Assembly (NCBI GenBank): GCA_951406725.2
Contig: OX597825.1
Location: 59,954,001-60,018,000, forward strand
From: Octopus vulgaris
Taxonomy: Eukaryota
Direction of reading: 5' to 3'
DNA: 64,000 nt
Shown piece by piece: positions 27,223 to 42,017 of this stretch (positions are counted from its first letter, which is position 1; each line of letters begins with the position of its first letter). A program made the translations under genes and the position numbers. The notes below the pieces were generated by a model, which ran no database searches, had not been told where the DNA came from, and saw nothing but the letters and a program-made list of their open reading frames with translations.

Positions 27223-28954
27223 ATACATATGCTATTTGGAAACTACACCAACTGAAAATATGCACAACTCGTAGATTATCGAAAGAGAAGCTACATCATT
27301 CTGTCTACTCTGTCTACTGTCACTAAGTCTCTCAAATATCATTCTGCAATTATAGACTCTCCGTACATATAGATGTCTACTGGGAAAATGTTACAATTAG
27401 TAATAAGTGACAATGAATAGTACTATTGAAAGAAAGATTCAGTGAAGGGTAATACTGACCAGACTGTTTGCAAGGGGGAATATAGTGAGACTAATATCAT
27501 TGTGCTTCCATCAACTACTGATTCCCCGCCAGACATAAAATATTGTCTATACACCAGCAGGCATGAACCCTGAGATTATCTAACGGAGGTTTAGGCAGAC
27601 AAATTGGACTGCGTGACACATGCCAAAAATATATAAATTTATTTTGAAAGACGAGAGGGGTTATGTTTTCATTGTCATACAATTGCATACACAAACGCTA
27701 ACACACACACATACACCTATATGCATAAATCTATAGAATATATATATAAGGCTTTTTCGTCTACTGATATATTCGTATCTGCGTGTGAATTTATCGGTGG
27801 GTACGTGTATTTCTTGTTTATATATTAATGGTATATTCTATTGAAGATCGCAAAGCCATCTTTTGCAGACCGTGAAATCTCAAGGTATAGAATTATCCAA
27901 TACTTTTTGTATTTTCTTGCTCATTCCCTCGCGTATGTACCTGTGGCTGAATATAGGGAACACATTTTAGAGTGGATTGTAGGTATTTGACATCTACTCC
28001 TAGCATTGGCGATGGTCATTTCCAGTAGCCTTTAACTATAATTATATTTTTACAATTATATACGTAAACAAATTAATTTTTACAAACACACACACACACA
28101 CGTATGCATGTGCATCTGTGTTTTTGTGTATGCAGTATGCATGTATGCGTGCATGCGTGTATATGTGCTTCAGTAATAAAAATTAGTTATATATGTCATG
28201 GTTATGTAAATCATTCTTCAGGAGGTCCAAGCTCTCTTGAAAGATACTTCTTACACGGTCCGCAGACAGAAAAAAAATTGTTTAACTTTTCTTGCTTAAA
28301 ATTAGAAAGGGATTGCATATGCCTTTAGAAGGGGAACTAAAAATTTCCATGTTAGATTGATTAGGAAATGCTCTCTTTTTTGACTGGAGCAGAGCCTATG
28401 GGACGTTAAAGATCACGAGAAGGAAAACAGGCCCAAACTGCGAGAGATACCGAAATATCGCCTTTAGGGAAACGTCACCTATTTCATCAGCAACCAAGCA
28501 CAAATGTTATTCATATCAACAAAGTACCACAATCCACTTAATCATGAGCGGTATGCAAATTGTATTCTGACAATAATTTCAAATGCTGAGCCTCACACAA
28601 ATTGGGACGTTATTCACACCACACACCACTGCACATGTCCCTTGACATTGAACCTACTAACCGTCGCTTCTCTTGAATGTTGGAAATAATTCTTCCTTCC
28701 GCAATTATTGATAATCAGATCAGTTACACATTAGAGTACTGCTCTCATAGCTGGAATACTACTATTGCACACAAAGACATCCTAGACCCCTCCAAAAGAT
28801 ATGCTTCCCAACTTATGTAGATTAAGTTACTCACATGGATACCCCAGCTTCTGGTTCGCCGACACACTGTCTCCTCTCTGTCTCCTCTACAAATGATTCT
28901 GCTGCGATGTCTTAGCTGGGTCATGTTACACCTCATATATTTCTCTACATCAAA

Positions 28955-29350
28955 GCAGTGAGCTGGCAGAAACGGTAGCACGCCAGATGAAATGCTCAGC
29001 GGTATTTCGTCTGCCGTTACGTTCTGATTTCATATTCCGCCGAGGTCGACTTTGCCTTTCATCCTTTCGGGGTCGATTAAATAAGTACAAGTTACGCACT
29101 AGGATCGATATAATCGACTTAATCCGTTTGTCTGTTCTTGTTTGTCTTCTCTGTGTTTAACCCCTTGTGGGTAGTAAAGAAATAGGTATTTCATCTGTCT
29201 TTATGTTCTGAGTTCAAATTTCGCCGAATTTAACTTTGCCTTTGATCCTTTCGCGGTCGATAGATTAAGTACCAGTTGTGTACTGGGGTCGATCTAGTCG
29301 ACTGCTCCCCCCCCCCCAAGAAAAATTCAGGCGTTGTGCCTGGAATAGAA
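28955..29350 (+). mobile_element. SINE family C, head-to-tail dimer
   Basis: A full unit is followed at ~29185 by a 5'-truncated second unit. Confidence 0.85.
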
Positions 29351-30414
29351 AAAAAATTCTCACCATCACTCATCACCCTTCCACACATGTCTAACCAAGC
29401 ACCAGCTGCTGTAAGAACTAAGCTCACTTCTTTCTAGAACACTACGCTCCTGGAATTCAATTCATTCTAATCTTTACTGACAGAAGTTTCGTTACGAAAG
29501 TCCAAGAGGCTCAATACTGACATCAATCTCACTAATCTAGGAGGTAGCCTCATCTTTACCGAGCAAGAAGAGAAAACAAACTTGCGCATCGGTATTTAGA
29601 GCAGAGCTATACATAGTTATGTGTCAAGGTCACTGGAAACGATGTTGGTCTATAGCTGGACGTCACCTATGTATCGATATGAGGGCTATCGGTTAGAGTA
29701 GATAGGTGTGAAGCAGTATGTGGTTGAGACAGATCAGAATGGAATGGCAAGTTCTAATGACCCATGAATGCCACACAGATCAACCGCGGGTCGGTGCCGC
29801 GACAACATGCATGATCTTAGTTGTATGGGACAAAATGCCTGATTTTTATATCTAACTTTGTAAAACTAACAAAAGGAGTTCTGCCCTGAATAACTAAAAA
29901 AGTTTATAAAAGCGCAGGAAAAAAAAAAGCAGCAGAGAGCAGCGGAGAGCAACTGAGACAATAACAAGATTGTTGGGTCCTAGTTTCTATAGAGCACCGG
30001 AAATGATGGCTGACTTTTCCTTGGGGATAAGTCTGCAGGTAACACATTCCCATCACAACAACCAGTAGTGTAACCCTATCCTCTTGTGACGTGGGGTAAA
30101 TGTATGCATGTAAAAAAGATTTTCACATAGAAACAACACCCACTGTAAAACGAGAAAGAAAACTCCCACCTCTACCCTAAAATGGAGGACGAGGCACTGC
30201 AAAATACTATTAGAAAGAATGAAGGTGGGGGAAGGCAATCGACAATAATGAGAAAGGCGTAGACAACATGAATGTCATAGTTCAGAGTATTGGTAAAATG
30301 TGCGTCGTATGGATTTAAGCTTAAGCTACAAATAGCACCGGGCAAAACGAAATGCGGAGGATACGATCCAAATTAACATGATATAAATAGTTTACTTTTA
30401 TGATATATTTTAGA

Positions 30415-30985
30415 AGCAAACGAATCGTCAGCGCGTCGGAAACCTTTAGCGGCATCTATTCCGGTTCCTTACATTCTGAGTTCAAGTCTTGCTGAGATCG
30501 GCTTTGCCTTTCATCCTTCTCAGTAGGGTCACTAAAATAAGTACTAGATGGACACTTGTAATAGACTTCCCTTCCTAGGATCATACGCCAAAATAGGAAA
30601 CATTTATTATTTATGTTAATCGGATAAGTTATTCCACTGAGATCGACTTTGCCCTTTATCCTTTCTGGGTCGATAAAATAAGAACCAATTGAAAACAGGA
30701 GTTGATATAATCGACTTACACATCTACTCTAAATCGATTGCCTTACGCCAAAATTTGAAACCAATATTAAGGCGTCGAGCAGGCAGAATCCTTAGCGTGT
30801 CGGACAAAATACTCACCGGCGTTTCATCCTGCTATTACTTTCTAATTTCCAATGTCACCAAGGTCCACTTTATATTTCATCCTTTCGGAGTCGATAAAAT
30901 AAGTACTGATTGAGCACAGTAGTAGATCTAATTAACTCCCTACCACCCACTAAAATTGTTGTTCTTGTGCCAAAATTTGAAGGAA
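30415..30985 (+). mobile_element. SINE family C, three tandem units
   Basis: Three successive CTTTGCC..CATCCTTT..GGGTC..TAAAATAAGTAC cores. Confidence 0.8.
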
Positions 30986-31067
30986 ATGTTACTCAAAGGT
31001 TATGAGACTCGCCAGAGAGTCGAAAAAATGCTTTAATGCATATATTTCCACGATACTCTGTCTTTTG

Positions 31068-31477
31068 CTCTTTTATTTGCTTCACTCATTTGACTGCGGC
31101 CATGTGGGAACACCGCTTTAGTCGAGCAAATCGATCCCAGGACTTATTCTTTGTAAGCCTAGTACTTATTCTATCGGTCTCTTTTTGCCGAACCGCTAAG
31201 TTACGGGGACGTAAACACACCAGCATCGGTTGTCAAGCGATGTTGGGGTGACAAACACAGACACAGAAACATATACACGCACATACACACACACACACAC
31301 ACACATACATATATATATATACATATATACGACAGGCTTCTTTCAGTTTCCTCTCACATGTCTTTGGTCGCCCCGAGGCTATAGTAGAAGACACTTGCCC
31401 AGGGTCCCACGCAGTGAGAATGAACCCGGAAGCGTGTGGTTGGTAAGCAAACTACATAAAACACAGCCACTCCTGCG
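31068..31477 (-). mobile_element. SINE family B (CORE-like)
   Basis: Reverse complement of the family represented by 41425-41833. Confidence 0.85.
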
Positions 31478-32629
31478 ATAGAGGATGTTTGCTGCAATTC
31501 TTTTGCCCGATGTCAAACCTCACAAGTCAGGTCTCTAAATAAAATCCTTTAATCCGTGATGCCAACCTTTTTATATATCTAGATCTAATTATTGCACTGC
31601 CGAATGTTCTACCATTTCTCTTCAGACTGTCAGTTTTGTAATAAAATGCATTCCAGATGTGACAATTCAGTCTGTTTGTAAATGGGAGAGTACCACATTG
31701 TCGAATGTGCTATTCTCCCGTTTAAGGAATTTTAAGTAGAATATAACGAATAATTAACTGTTTACTATAGTTACACTAGCAACTGAGTAGAGGCTACATT
31801 AAAAATAGATAGATATTATTTGAATTTTGGAGAAAATGTCATGTGTGTTCCAATGCGGACAATATGTATGTATGAATCATTAGTTATTATTGACAGAAAA
31901 TTGCTTGTGTTTTTGTCATCTAAAGTGAAATCTAGAATTTTCATCATTCAAATATTATGTTGCAAACTGAACTTCTATACAACCGAACTGCATTTTATCT
32001 CGTTGCAGCGGATATTTCGTTGAAACGGTTACAGAGGAGAAATTCAATACGTTGGAACTAAAAGTTTTGCTGAATGTATATTTTTTTCAGACCATTCGTT
32101 TTAAACCAACACAGGCCTTTACACTTAGTGCAATAAGAAACTTTGTTTGCGGGTGTACGTGTGTGTCTATGTGTGTGTGTGCGTGCCTATCAGGGTGAGT
32201 GTGCGCTCGTGTGCGTTAATAATTCCACTAGTATTTAGCTGAGTGTACAAAGGACCATATTATCGATTATTCGTAGCAAATTCTTTCCAGCCTAAAGATT
32301 CCCTTTATGGAAACAGCAAACATAACTAACGAGATTTTTTTTCAACTTTCTGAATTTTAACCATTAGCAGTTATTTTACTTTTCCTCCCTTCCTAATCTA
32401 CATATACTTACATGTCTATCTACACGCATATATATATATATATATAGATAGATAGATATATATATACACATACATATACATATACATGTATATATATATA
32501 CATTTGTATATATATATATATATATCTCTATATATATATACATATATATATATACATACATATAAATATATATATATGTATATATCTATATCTATATATA
32601 TATATATACATATATACATATATACATAC

Positions 32630-32687
<58 letters not shown>

Positions 32688-33648
32688 TCGCCTGTATATA
32701 TGCGCACAATTATGTCTGTTATGTGTGTATACTCCTATTGACAGATATGTGCTTGTGTATGTCTAAACACACACACAAACATAAACACCCCCCACATACA
32801 CACACACATGTATATATAAACATACATACAAATAGAGAGAGAGAGAAAGAAAGAAAGAGAGAGGGGGTGAAAGAGAGAGAGGGAGAGAAAGAAGTACCTT
32901 GTATTTTTTCCTTAATTTCTCATATTTCAGCCTAAGTGTTTGTGTATTGCTGAAATATTCATGCAATTTCTTTCTTCTTCTCCTGTACTTAGCCTATTCA
33001 ACTTCAGCATGAACGTTAGTTTCGCTTCTGTCTTTTCTTTGGCGTGTATTCTAACTAATAATAAAATTTATTTTCTGAAATGCTTTCAAAAATTTCTGTT
33101 TATATTTGCAATTAAACCATTTCCACTTTTTAAACATTTTCATTCGATTTTCTTATATTTATTGTTTGAAAATTGAGAAATAAATTAAATTAAATTTCCA
33201 ATTTCTAAAAGTGTTATTTGAAACATATTTCGTTTACCTTATTCGATAGAATAATTTTTTTTGTAGATGTATTAAACAGTACATTACAAACACACATATA
33301 AATAACCCAGTCGATATTTACTTTTACTTACTGAAGATAAAATCTTCCAGAAACTGACACTTTGTATATTCAGAATATTTCGTTCGCACGTTTTACAAAT
33401 GCACAAGACGATTTCCTTTTTAGATTTAAAGGTGTAACACTAAACCATCTAAAAGCGTAACTAAATATACAAAACTAAGTGGAGTTGTAAGTCGGTGGTA
33501 TTGAATTTCCTTTATTTGGTACAGTGTATTTTGGTTGATCTAGAGTAAGATATACACTGAATTATGTATGAAAGTAAGGATTTACCTATCTGAACCGTGG
33601 TTTCTTCAGAAAGGCAACCTATGACTGCAATAGATTAAATGATCCCTC

Positions 33649-33708
<60 letters not shown>

Positions 33709-33780
33709 ATCTATCTATCTATATATATATATCCATATATATATATATATATAGATAGATAGATAGATATACATGTATAC

Positions 33781-33841
<61 letters not shown>

Positions 33842-33845
33842 CACT

Positions 33846-34005
33846 TTATTAAAAGCGTTTGTTCTGAGAATCTAACAAAACTGACAAACGGGAATGCGAA
33901 ACTCTGAGAAACAGTTTTGTTGATATTTCTGCTGCTTATAATAAAGCATATTACTCTACCTCTGGTATTTTTTCCACCTTGTTTCACATCTATGTGCTTA
34001 CTCCG

Positions 34006-34008
<3 letters not shown>
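33846..34008 (+). mobile_element. Diverged copy of the PLE-like repeat at 1361-1600, in (TA)n
   Basis: Shares GAAACTCTGAG..TTTTGTTGATATTTCTGCTGCT..AATAAAGCATATTACTCTACC..CCACCTTGTTTCACAT; the hammerhead core is degenerate. Confidence 0.75.
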
Positions 34009-34071
<63 letters not shown>

Positions 34072-34102
34072 AACATCGTTCGACTCCATTCTTTCATTTA
34101 TT

Positions 34103-34133
<31 letters not shown>

Positions 34134-34453
34134 ATAAACATATATATATATATATATGTGTGTGCGTATATATATATGTATATATGTATGTATGTATGTT
34201 TATATACACAAGTACATTGTAGGAATCTCCCTTGAATTTACAGAGTGACACGAAGGCTTACACAAGCTTTATTCTTCTCCATCATGCCTATTGGCTGCCA
34301 GCGAGCTTAATGTGAAATCTATTAAGTTCTTCGAATCCTACTCTCTCTCGCTTTCTCTCTCTCACTCTTTCTGTGTATATAGATATCTTGAACAGTGCTT
34401 CGAAACTGGGCACTTGAGGATGCACATATATAGAGCTACACTTGAATCCTATT

Positions 34454-34824
34454 GGATGGAAGCACTCCGTCGGTTCCGACGACGAGGGTTCCGGTTGATC
34501 CGATCAACGGAACAGCCCGCTCGTGAAATTAACGTGTAAGTGGCTGAGCACTCCACAGACGTAGTTCTCGGGGATATTCAGCGTGACACAGAGAGTGACA
34601 AGGCCGGCCCTTTGAAATACAGGTACAACAGAAACAGGAAGTAAGAGTGAGGGAAAGTTGTGGTGCAAGAGTACAGCAGGGATCACCACCATCCCAGCCG
34701 GAGCCGCGTGGAGCTTTAGGTGTTTTCGCTCAATAAACACTCACAACACCCGGTCTGGGAATCGAAACCGCGATCCTACGACCGCGAGTCCGCTGCCCTA
34801 ACCACTGGGCCATAGCGCCTCCAC
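34454..34824 (-). mobile_element. SINE family A, with both ends intact
   Basis: Head and 3' tail are both present, with a small internal deletion. Degenerate TSD TGAATCCTATT (34443-53) / TGAGCCCTATT (34825-35). Confidence 0.9.
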
Positions 34825-35150
34825 TGAGCCCTATTAATGCGATATTGTCTATAGTATATGTAACATTCAGCAATTGATACTTGATAAGGATGTGCTGAAA
34901 CAGTAGTAGTGATTTGTAATAAACCCTGTGCAATCGAGCTACACCGATCAATTGTTTTTGTGGGTATTCTCTGCGGAAATTTGCGAGTTTTCACATCTAC
35001 ATTCAGTAACAGAAAATCCTACTGTATTATAATATTACGTATATGATACCCGGAAATATGTGTGCATATGTTGTGTGGGTGGGTGTATTTGTATTTGTGT
35101 ATTAATATGTGATTGCCTATACATACAGACGCACACAAATATATATATAT

Positions 35151-35181
<31 letters not shown>

Positions 35182-35566
35182 AATACATACATGCATTCAT
35201 GCATACATACGTACATACATACATACATACATTCATACCTTAATACATAAATACATACATGCACAAATATAAATACACACACACACATACAAACGCACAC
35301 AAACGCACACATAAACACATATACGAATAATTAGAATGAGCAAGGTTATAAGATAAGGCGTTTATAAGTAATCAAAGCAGATAAAAAATTTGCTGAAGCA
35401 GAATATTTTGTAAAAATGAAATTAATCACTAAATATCAAATAACGTGCAGAACGAAAGTGCATTCATCAAGTGTAAAGAAAGACTGAGTCGCAAGCATCT
35501 TGGTTTCTAAAACATTTCTATAAAAGTATTACATTCGTCAGACAAGCAAATGCATACATACATACA

Positions 35567-35618
<52 letters not shown>

Positions 35619-35723
35619 CATACATACATACATATATACATATATACATACATACATGTATATATACATACATACATATATATATATACATACATACATG
35701 CATACATGTATATACATACATGC

Positions 35724-35768
<45 letters not shown>

Positions 35769-35806
35769 CATATATACATATATACATATATACATATATA
35801 AATACA

Positions 35807-35840
<34 letters not shown>

Positions 35841-36130
35841 AATACATACAACGGCGGTGCATCGGCATGGCCGCATCTCTGAGCTGAAACTAGAAAAAAA
35901 TACATGCATGCATGCATGCATACAAACATACATTCATACATACGTACATACATACATACATTCATACATTAATACATAAATACATACATACACAAATATA
36001 TATACATACAGACAGACGAACAGATAGATAGACTGATATATATATATACATGAATACATACACACACACATACACATATGTATACATGTGTATATATGTA
36101 TGTGTGTGTTTATATATGTGTACATACATA

Positions 36131-36167
<37 letters not shown>

Positions 36168-36890
36168 GCAAGTTTATATATATGTGAGTGTTCTATTGGT
36201 GTGTTTATGTGTGTTTATGTCTATATGTGCGTGTGCTTGTGCATGCGTGCACATACTCATACTCACACGTACACGTAAATTGTGACATAAGCACATATAT
36301 ATTTATCTATGCGCAGAGAGATGTATATAGTTATTTTAGAGATAGTATTCCCCTTGAGTTAATTAATTATTTTAAAGCAGCAAACCAATCAACGAGAACA
36401 GCCTTAATTATTCGATATTTATAGGAATTCCAATGCTTAATGCGTTCATAAAACTAATTTTTTGATATGGAATTATTGTAAATGGATTAATTAAATAGTC
36501 AAACGTGGGATGATAAGCAATAAAATTTGCATTTATAATTTTTTTGGTTTTAATTAGAGTTCCAACGTTATAATGAAGCGTAGCACTATTAAGAATACCT
36601 TTATCTGTATTGCAACCTTCAATGGGACATTTTACATGCCTACACATCATATCTAAACGCACCTATTCACTAACACACAGAAACACAGGTAATCATAAAA
36701 CGCTCATTGGCAGTCACACACGCGCTCACACACTCTCTTTCACATACACAAATGCAAACATATTTATATCCATGATGAATACATCCTCACTTCCCTTATC
36801 GGTAATGAACTTCCTTGGAGAGGGTAAACGAGTTACAACACGAAAAATGGGTATTTGATACAAGATATACACATATTTAATTGATAAGTG

Positions 36891-36954
<64 letters not shown>

Positions 36955-37011
36955 TGTATGTATGTATGTATGTATGTATGTATATGTATAGTATATTACA
37001 CACCTACGCCG

Positions 37012-37049
<38 letters not shown>

Positions 37050-37843
37050 ATATGTATATAAGGCATATATAATGACAAAATATATATGAAAATTCTATGA
37101 AGCCATAACTAAATTTCCTAAAAGGAGTAAATTTATTTAGTATTAAAGATTATTAAATATTTTCAAATTTCAGAATTTCTCTATCTGTAATATTTGTAGC
37201 ATTTCAATGTTGTTAAAGCGAGTTTTGTTCGTGTAAATATTTGAATATTCTTCCTCATAGCAAAATTTCTCTAAATAAAACATATAACAGATTTGAAAAA
37301 AATACCTCTTTCTATTCCTCCAACCGCTATCTTTGCCCTTCCGCCTCTCTGAAGAGAACATTTATACAATTTAATATTTATTCTTTAAAAGAGGTGCATG
37401 AGTTGAGAGAATCGTTAGCATGTGGTCCAAAACGCTTATTGGCATGTTATCAGGGCTTTATATTTTGCGTTCAAATTCCGCTGATTTCTACATTGCCTTT
37501 CACCGTTTCTGGGTCACTTTGTATGTATATATCTTTATAAGTTTATGGTTCTCTGTCTGTCTCTGTTTTTCTTTCTGGCTCTCTCTCACTCTCTATTTCT
37601 CTCTATCTCTCTCTCTCTCTCTCTCCGAGAATTCGCCTAGCAACTCGTTTTATTTGCTAAATAAATTTGAAACCTAGGTATAACCGCCAAAAATAACAGA
37701 GGAAAAGTTTTTATTTTTCATTCCCTTCGAAAATTGCTCTTAAATGTGGTTTTGGTCTTTTTTAACTGCTTCTTCTACCCTGTGAAAATTACCTGTTAAA
37801 GGTAGTTTTCTCCTGTGTTTAAATGTACACTATTTTATATTGA

Positions 37844-37916
<73 letters not shown>

Positions 37917-40529
37917 TAAGCGTACTCAGTTGTCCATCTGTTCACATATTAGCTTGATTCCATGTGCTACAGTGCAAATCGAAATCATTTCATTCCACAT
38001 ATGCCTTAATGAAATCATTAATAAAATATGTGCTGATATAAACAAACGAAATTTAAACAATTACACAATTGACAATAAAACTCCACATAGTTTGCATTAC
38101 TTAGTTACGTCCTAGTACAATCTACTTTAGAATCCGGCCGATATCAAACTTATCTAACCATCCTTCCGATGTCAATGTCATACCCAAATCTGTTAACTTC
38201 CTTTTAAAAGTCAATACTAATTTTTCACAGAGAATTAACCAGTTAGCAATAGGACACAATAAACCACTGTTTTACTCCCTTTCCGATAAATTCCTTACGG
38301 TATATTATTATGTCAAAAAATTTCACCTCACTTGTACGACCTTGGTATTGATTCAGTTCTAACGCATGGGAATATTATGAGAGCCTACGTCGCAGAAGTG
38401 CGGTGAAAATTTTACAGATTAATATCCCATACGCCTCTTAAATAAACATTATGTATAATGGATTGTGGGAGTTCTTTAAGTGATTGAATGTCTGTTTGTG
38501 TAGTTTGACCACAAAGTTTCAGATCAGTTCATTTACTAAACAAATACCTTACCAAAATATCAATATTATTGATTTCAAACATAGCGACATCTACAGATTT
38601 TGGTGCATTTAGTTCAGTTCGTGTTTGGTTTTTATTTTATCGATCTCATGAGGATGGATGCCAGCATTCACTCCATATAGATTTAACACTGAAAGTAAAA
38701 AGTCATAATAAAATGCAACAATCTTTGTTGTTCTTGGTTTTTAAACCATGCCCATCCAACTGTCATCAAGTAGGTATTCATGTAAAGTCTCAGTCGATTG
38801 ATTATGTAGAATATATACATTCCTCCAACCGAGGCTTTCAGTATTCGTTCAGCATTACTGCTGAGACCATCAATTGTTCTCTCTTTTTATTTTGGGCTTA
38901 GATATTCCTTATGCTAAAAGTTTTTTTGTGACAATAGGATATGAATATAGAGATATGGTTTCGATCTTTTACAATCGCAGAGAATGTAACTTGGCTCTCT
39001 TGGAGATGAGCCAGGTGAGTGTTCCCCACTGCATACGAATATGACCATACATTTTCTAATAAGTTGATAATATTCAAATATATTTGACGTTTTATCTTGT
39101 TTTATTATTCGGGGAAGGATAAAATTCAAGTCGATCTAGGCAATATTCGAACACAACCATAAAGAGGCAAAACTAAGTCTTAAAAGTCTCCATAAAAGCC
39201 GCAAATTCATTGATCTCAGGACCAAGTTGATAACATTTAAAGCTCCAAATCAGAAAGCTCCAAATTTGAGGGACGCCAGTATAGTGGACATAGGCAACGA
39301 ATTGGCAGAGTCGTTAAAGTGCCGAGGAGAATGCCATGCCATACTTATTCCGGTTCTTTCCATCTTAAGTTAGAAACTGGCTGAAGTCAGTTTTGTCTCT
39401 CATTTCTCCTGGTCGAAGAATAATGTACCATTCAGGTTCTTCAGTCCTGCCATATCGAACGACCACCAAAAACGCACGAGTGTCACCTGTTTTCTGAGAA
39501 ACACTCACCATGTTGACTCTGCATATATATATATATACGTATGCATGTGTGTATGTGTGTGTGTATGTATGCATGTAAAATAATCGTTGGAACCCGGGCC
39601 ATCCACATATTTCGCTTTATGATACAGGGGGCTCATTTAAGAGGCTCCCTTTATGATACAAGTGGCCATCCAAAAAATTCCCTTTATGGTACAAGGGGCT
39701 CATTTAAAAAGAACATGGAACAATTTTCGTTTAAAAGACTTTTATAATGGATCTTCCCAATCTTAGTCGGTGGCGAACAGAAAAACGTTGACATCATTAA
39801 CAGTAGCCTTTACAGCCTCGTGACAGAGAACAACAACAAACAAAATTATGCAAATATTGAAAATGGTGAACTATAATATAAACAGCAAACAAAACAAGAT
39901 TCATTACATGATGAAATGCTCCAGCATAGCCGTATCTTACAAAAAAAACCGCCTACCTTAGAATAAGATGTATATAATATAAATACACATTTATGATACA
40001 CCTGCAATTATTGATGACATATTCGAATAAAAATAGCATGAACTTGGCAAATAGAGATATATAAACACACTAACCTCACTGTCACACACGAGAGGGAGGG
40101 TATGAGTGTATTAAGAGTCAGTATTTAATATTGCCATTCGATTTAGGAAGGATTTTACTTCGTTGCTGAAATTTGAATGTAAAGAATTTTCATTGAAGTG
40201 CAACAGAAAAATTCTCATTAAGGTAGTTGAAGTCAGTTGGCCCACCTGTCGGGTGTATTCATTAAGGAAATTGTTATCGAATAATAGTGCCATGAATATC
40301 AGGAGGAAATGGTAAAATGGCAACAAAAAAATTGGGAAAAGTAGAGTAAATGAAATTGCTAGCCTATCAGAAGATTAGCAATACTTGACTCACAAAGCAA
40401 CTGAGTTTACCTATATTGAAGTAATCCAGTGTATATATATTCATACACAGACATACCTAAATATATATATGATTATATAGGTACACATACACAAACATAC
40501 ACATGTACAAGTATCGATGCATGCTTTCA

Positions 40530-40602
<73 letters not shown>

Positions 40603-40759
40603 GTATATGAAAGCATGCATCCATATTTGTTTTTAAACAGATGTATATACGCATAGTTGCATAGTTACGTACACAACTATCTGCCTGCACGTGAGTGTGT
40701 TTCAGTTTGAATAATTCTGTGTGAGTTGAAGCGAAAGACAGTTTTACAAATACGTACAG

Positions 40760-40819
<60 letters not shown>

Positions 40820-41119
40820 ACATACATGTTCACGCATCTCTCTTTCTATTTTTATATATGTGCATGTATATGTGTGTATGTGTTTATACACATATGTATA
40901 TGTAAATATAGAAATACCTCGCAAATATATAAGAACAAATATGTCATTATTGAAGCAGAAATAAAAACAGGGAAGCATAAAATAGAGACATACACACACG
41001 CAGAGTTTGCGAGGGATATGTAAGGACACGTAATTATCAATATAATACTCCCGTCAGCCAATCAAGTAACTTCTTTTATTTCTTTCATATTTGCCCCGGC
41101 AGATAAAATATTAGCACAA

Positions 41120-41830
41120 GAAATGAAAATGAAATTACCAACTATCTAAACGTTGCAAGATCTTTTACATAATATGTTCGGTGGTAATGAGAAGTATTTG
41201 GCGGGAGTGTTCCAACTGCATCAAAGAGGAAAATGCTCTAAACGTTCAGACACTATAAAGGTACCACATTTAATACAACGGGTTCGCAACCTAGTCAATG
41301 ATGTACCCGGAAAAATAATGAGGACCAACCACGAAGACTTTCAGATTTATGAGTGGACTATCAGAACTGTGGTGAATAGGGTCATTCGATACAACACGTA
41401 TATATATATAAATATATTTATATAGGCGCAGGAGTGGCTGTGTGGTAAGTAGCTTGTTTACCAACCACACGGTTCCGGGTTCAGTCTCACTGCGTGGCAC
41501 CTTGGGCAGGTGTCTTCTACTATAGCCTCGAGCCGACCAAAGCCTTGTGAGTGGATTTGGTAGACGGAAACTGAAAGAAGCCCGTCGTATATATGTATAT
41601 ATATATATATGTATGTGTGTTTATATGTTTGTGTGTCTGTGTTTGTACCCCTAGCATTGCTTGACAACCGATGCTGGTGTGTTTATGTCCCCGTTACTTA
41701 GCGGTTTGACAAAAGAGACCGATTGAATAAGTATTGGGCCTACAAAAGAATAAATCCCGGGGTCGAGTTGCTAGATTAAAGGCGGTGCTGCAGCATGGCC
41801 GCAGTCAAATGATTGAAACAAGTAAAAGAG

Positions 41831-41867
<37 letters not shown>

Positions 41868-42017
41868 TTAAAAGACGCCATTCCATGACTGTAAAGACAC
41901 CAGAAAACCGTTTGGCCTTTGCTAAGCGGTTACTAGACAAAGTTGAAACCTTCACGAACATGAAGTGTATTTGTTCTTCTCTGATGAGATAAACTTCAAC
42001 TTAGACCACAAATTATA
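41120..42017 (+). pseudogene. Tc1/mariner-superfamily (DD37D/maT-like) transposase fragment interrupted by a SINE
   Basis: SKRSDTIK.P.LIQRVRNLVND.PGK.MR..EDFQIYEWTIRTVV..IRY precedes the SINE; KT.ENRL..AKRLL.K..FFSDEINFN.D follows it. Confidence 0.7.
41425..41833 (+). mobile_element. SINE family B (CORE-like), full length
   Basis: GGCGCAGGAGTGGCTGTGTGGTAAG head, CORE-like domain, tail ending AAGTAAAAGAGTAA, flanked by TA repeats. Confidence 0.9.

Noticed and set aside
28330-28950. Possible RTE-type LINE remnant on the minus strand
   Set aside because: Only a faint IQEKRRL similarity, too weak to call.
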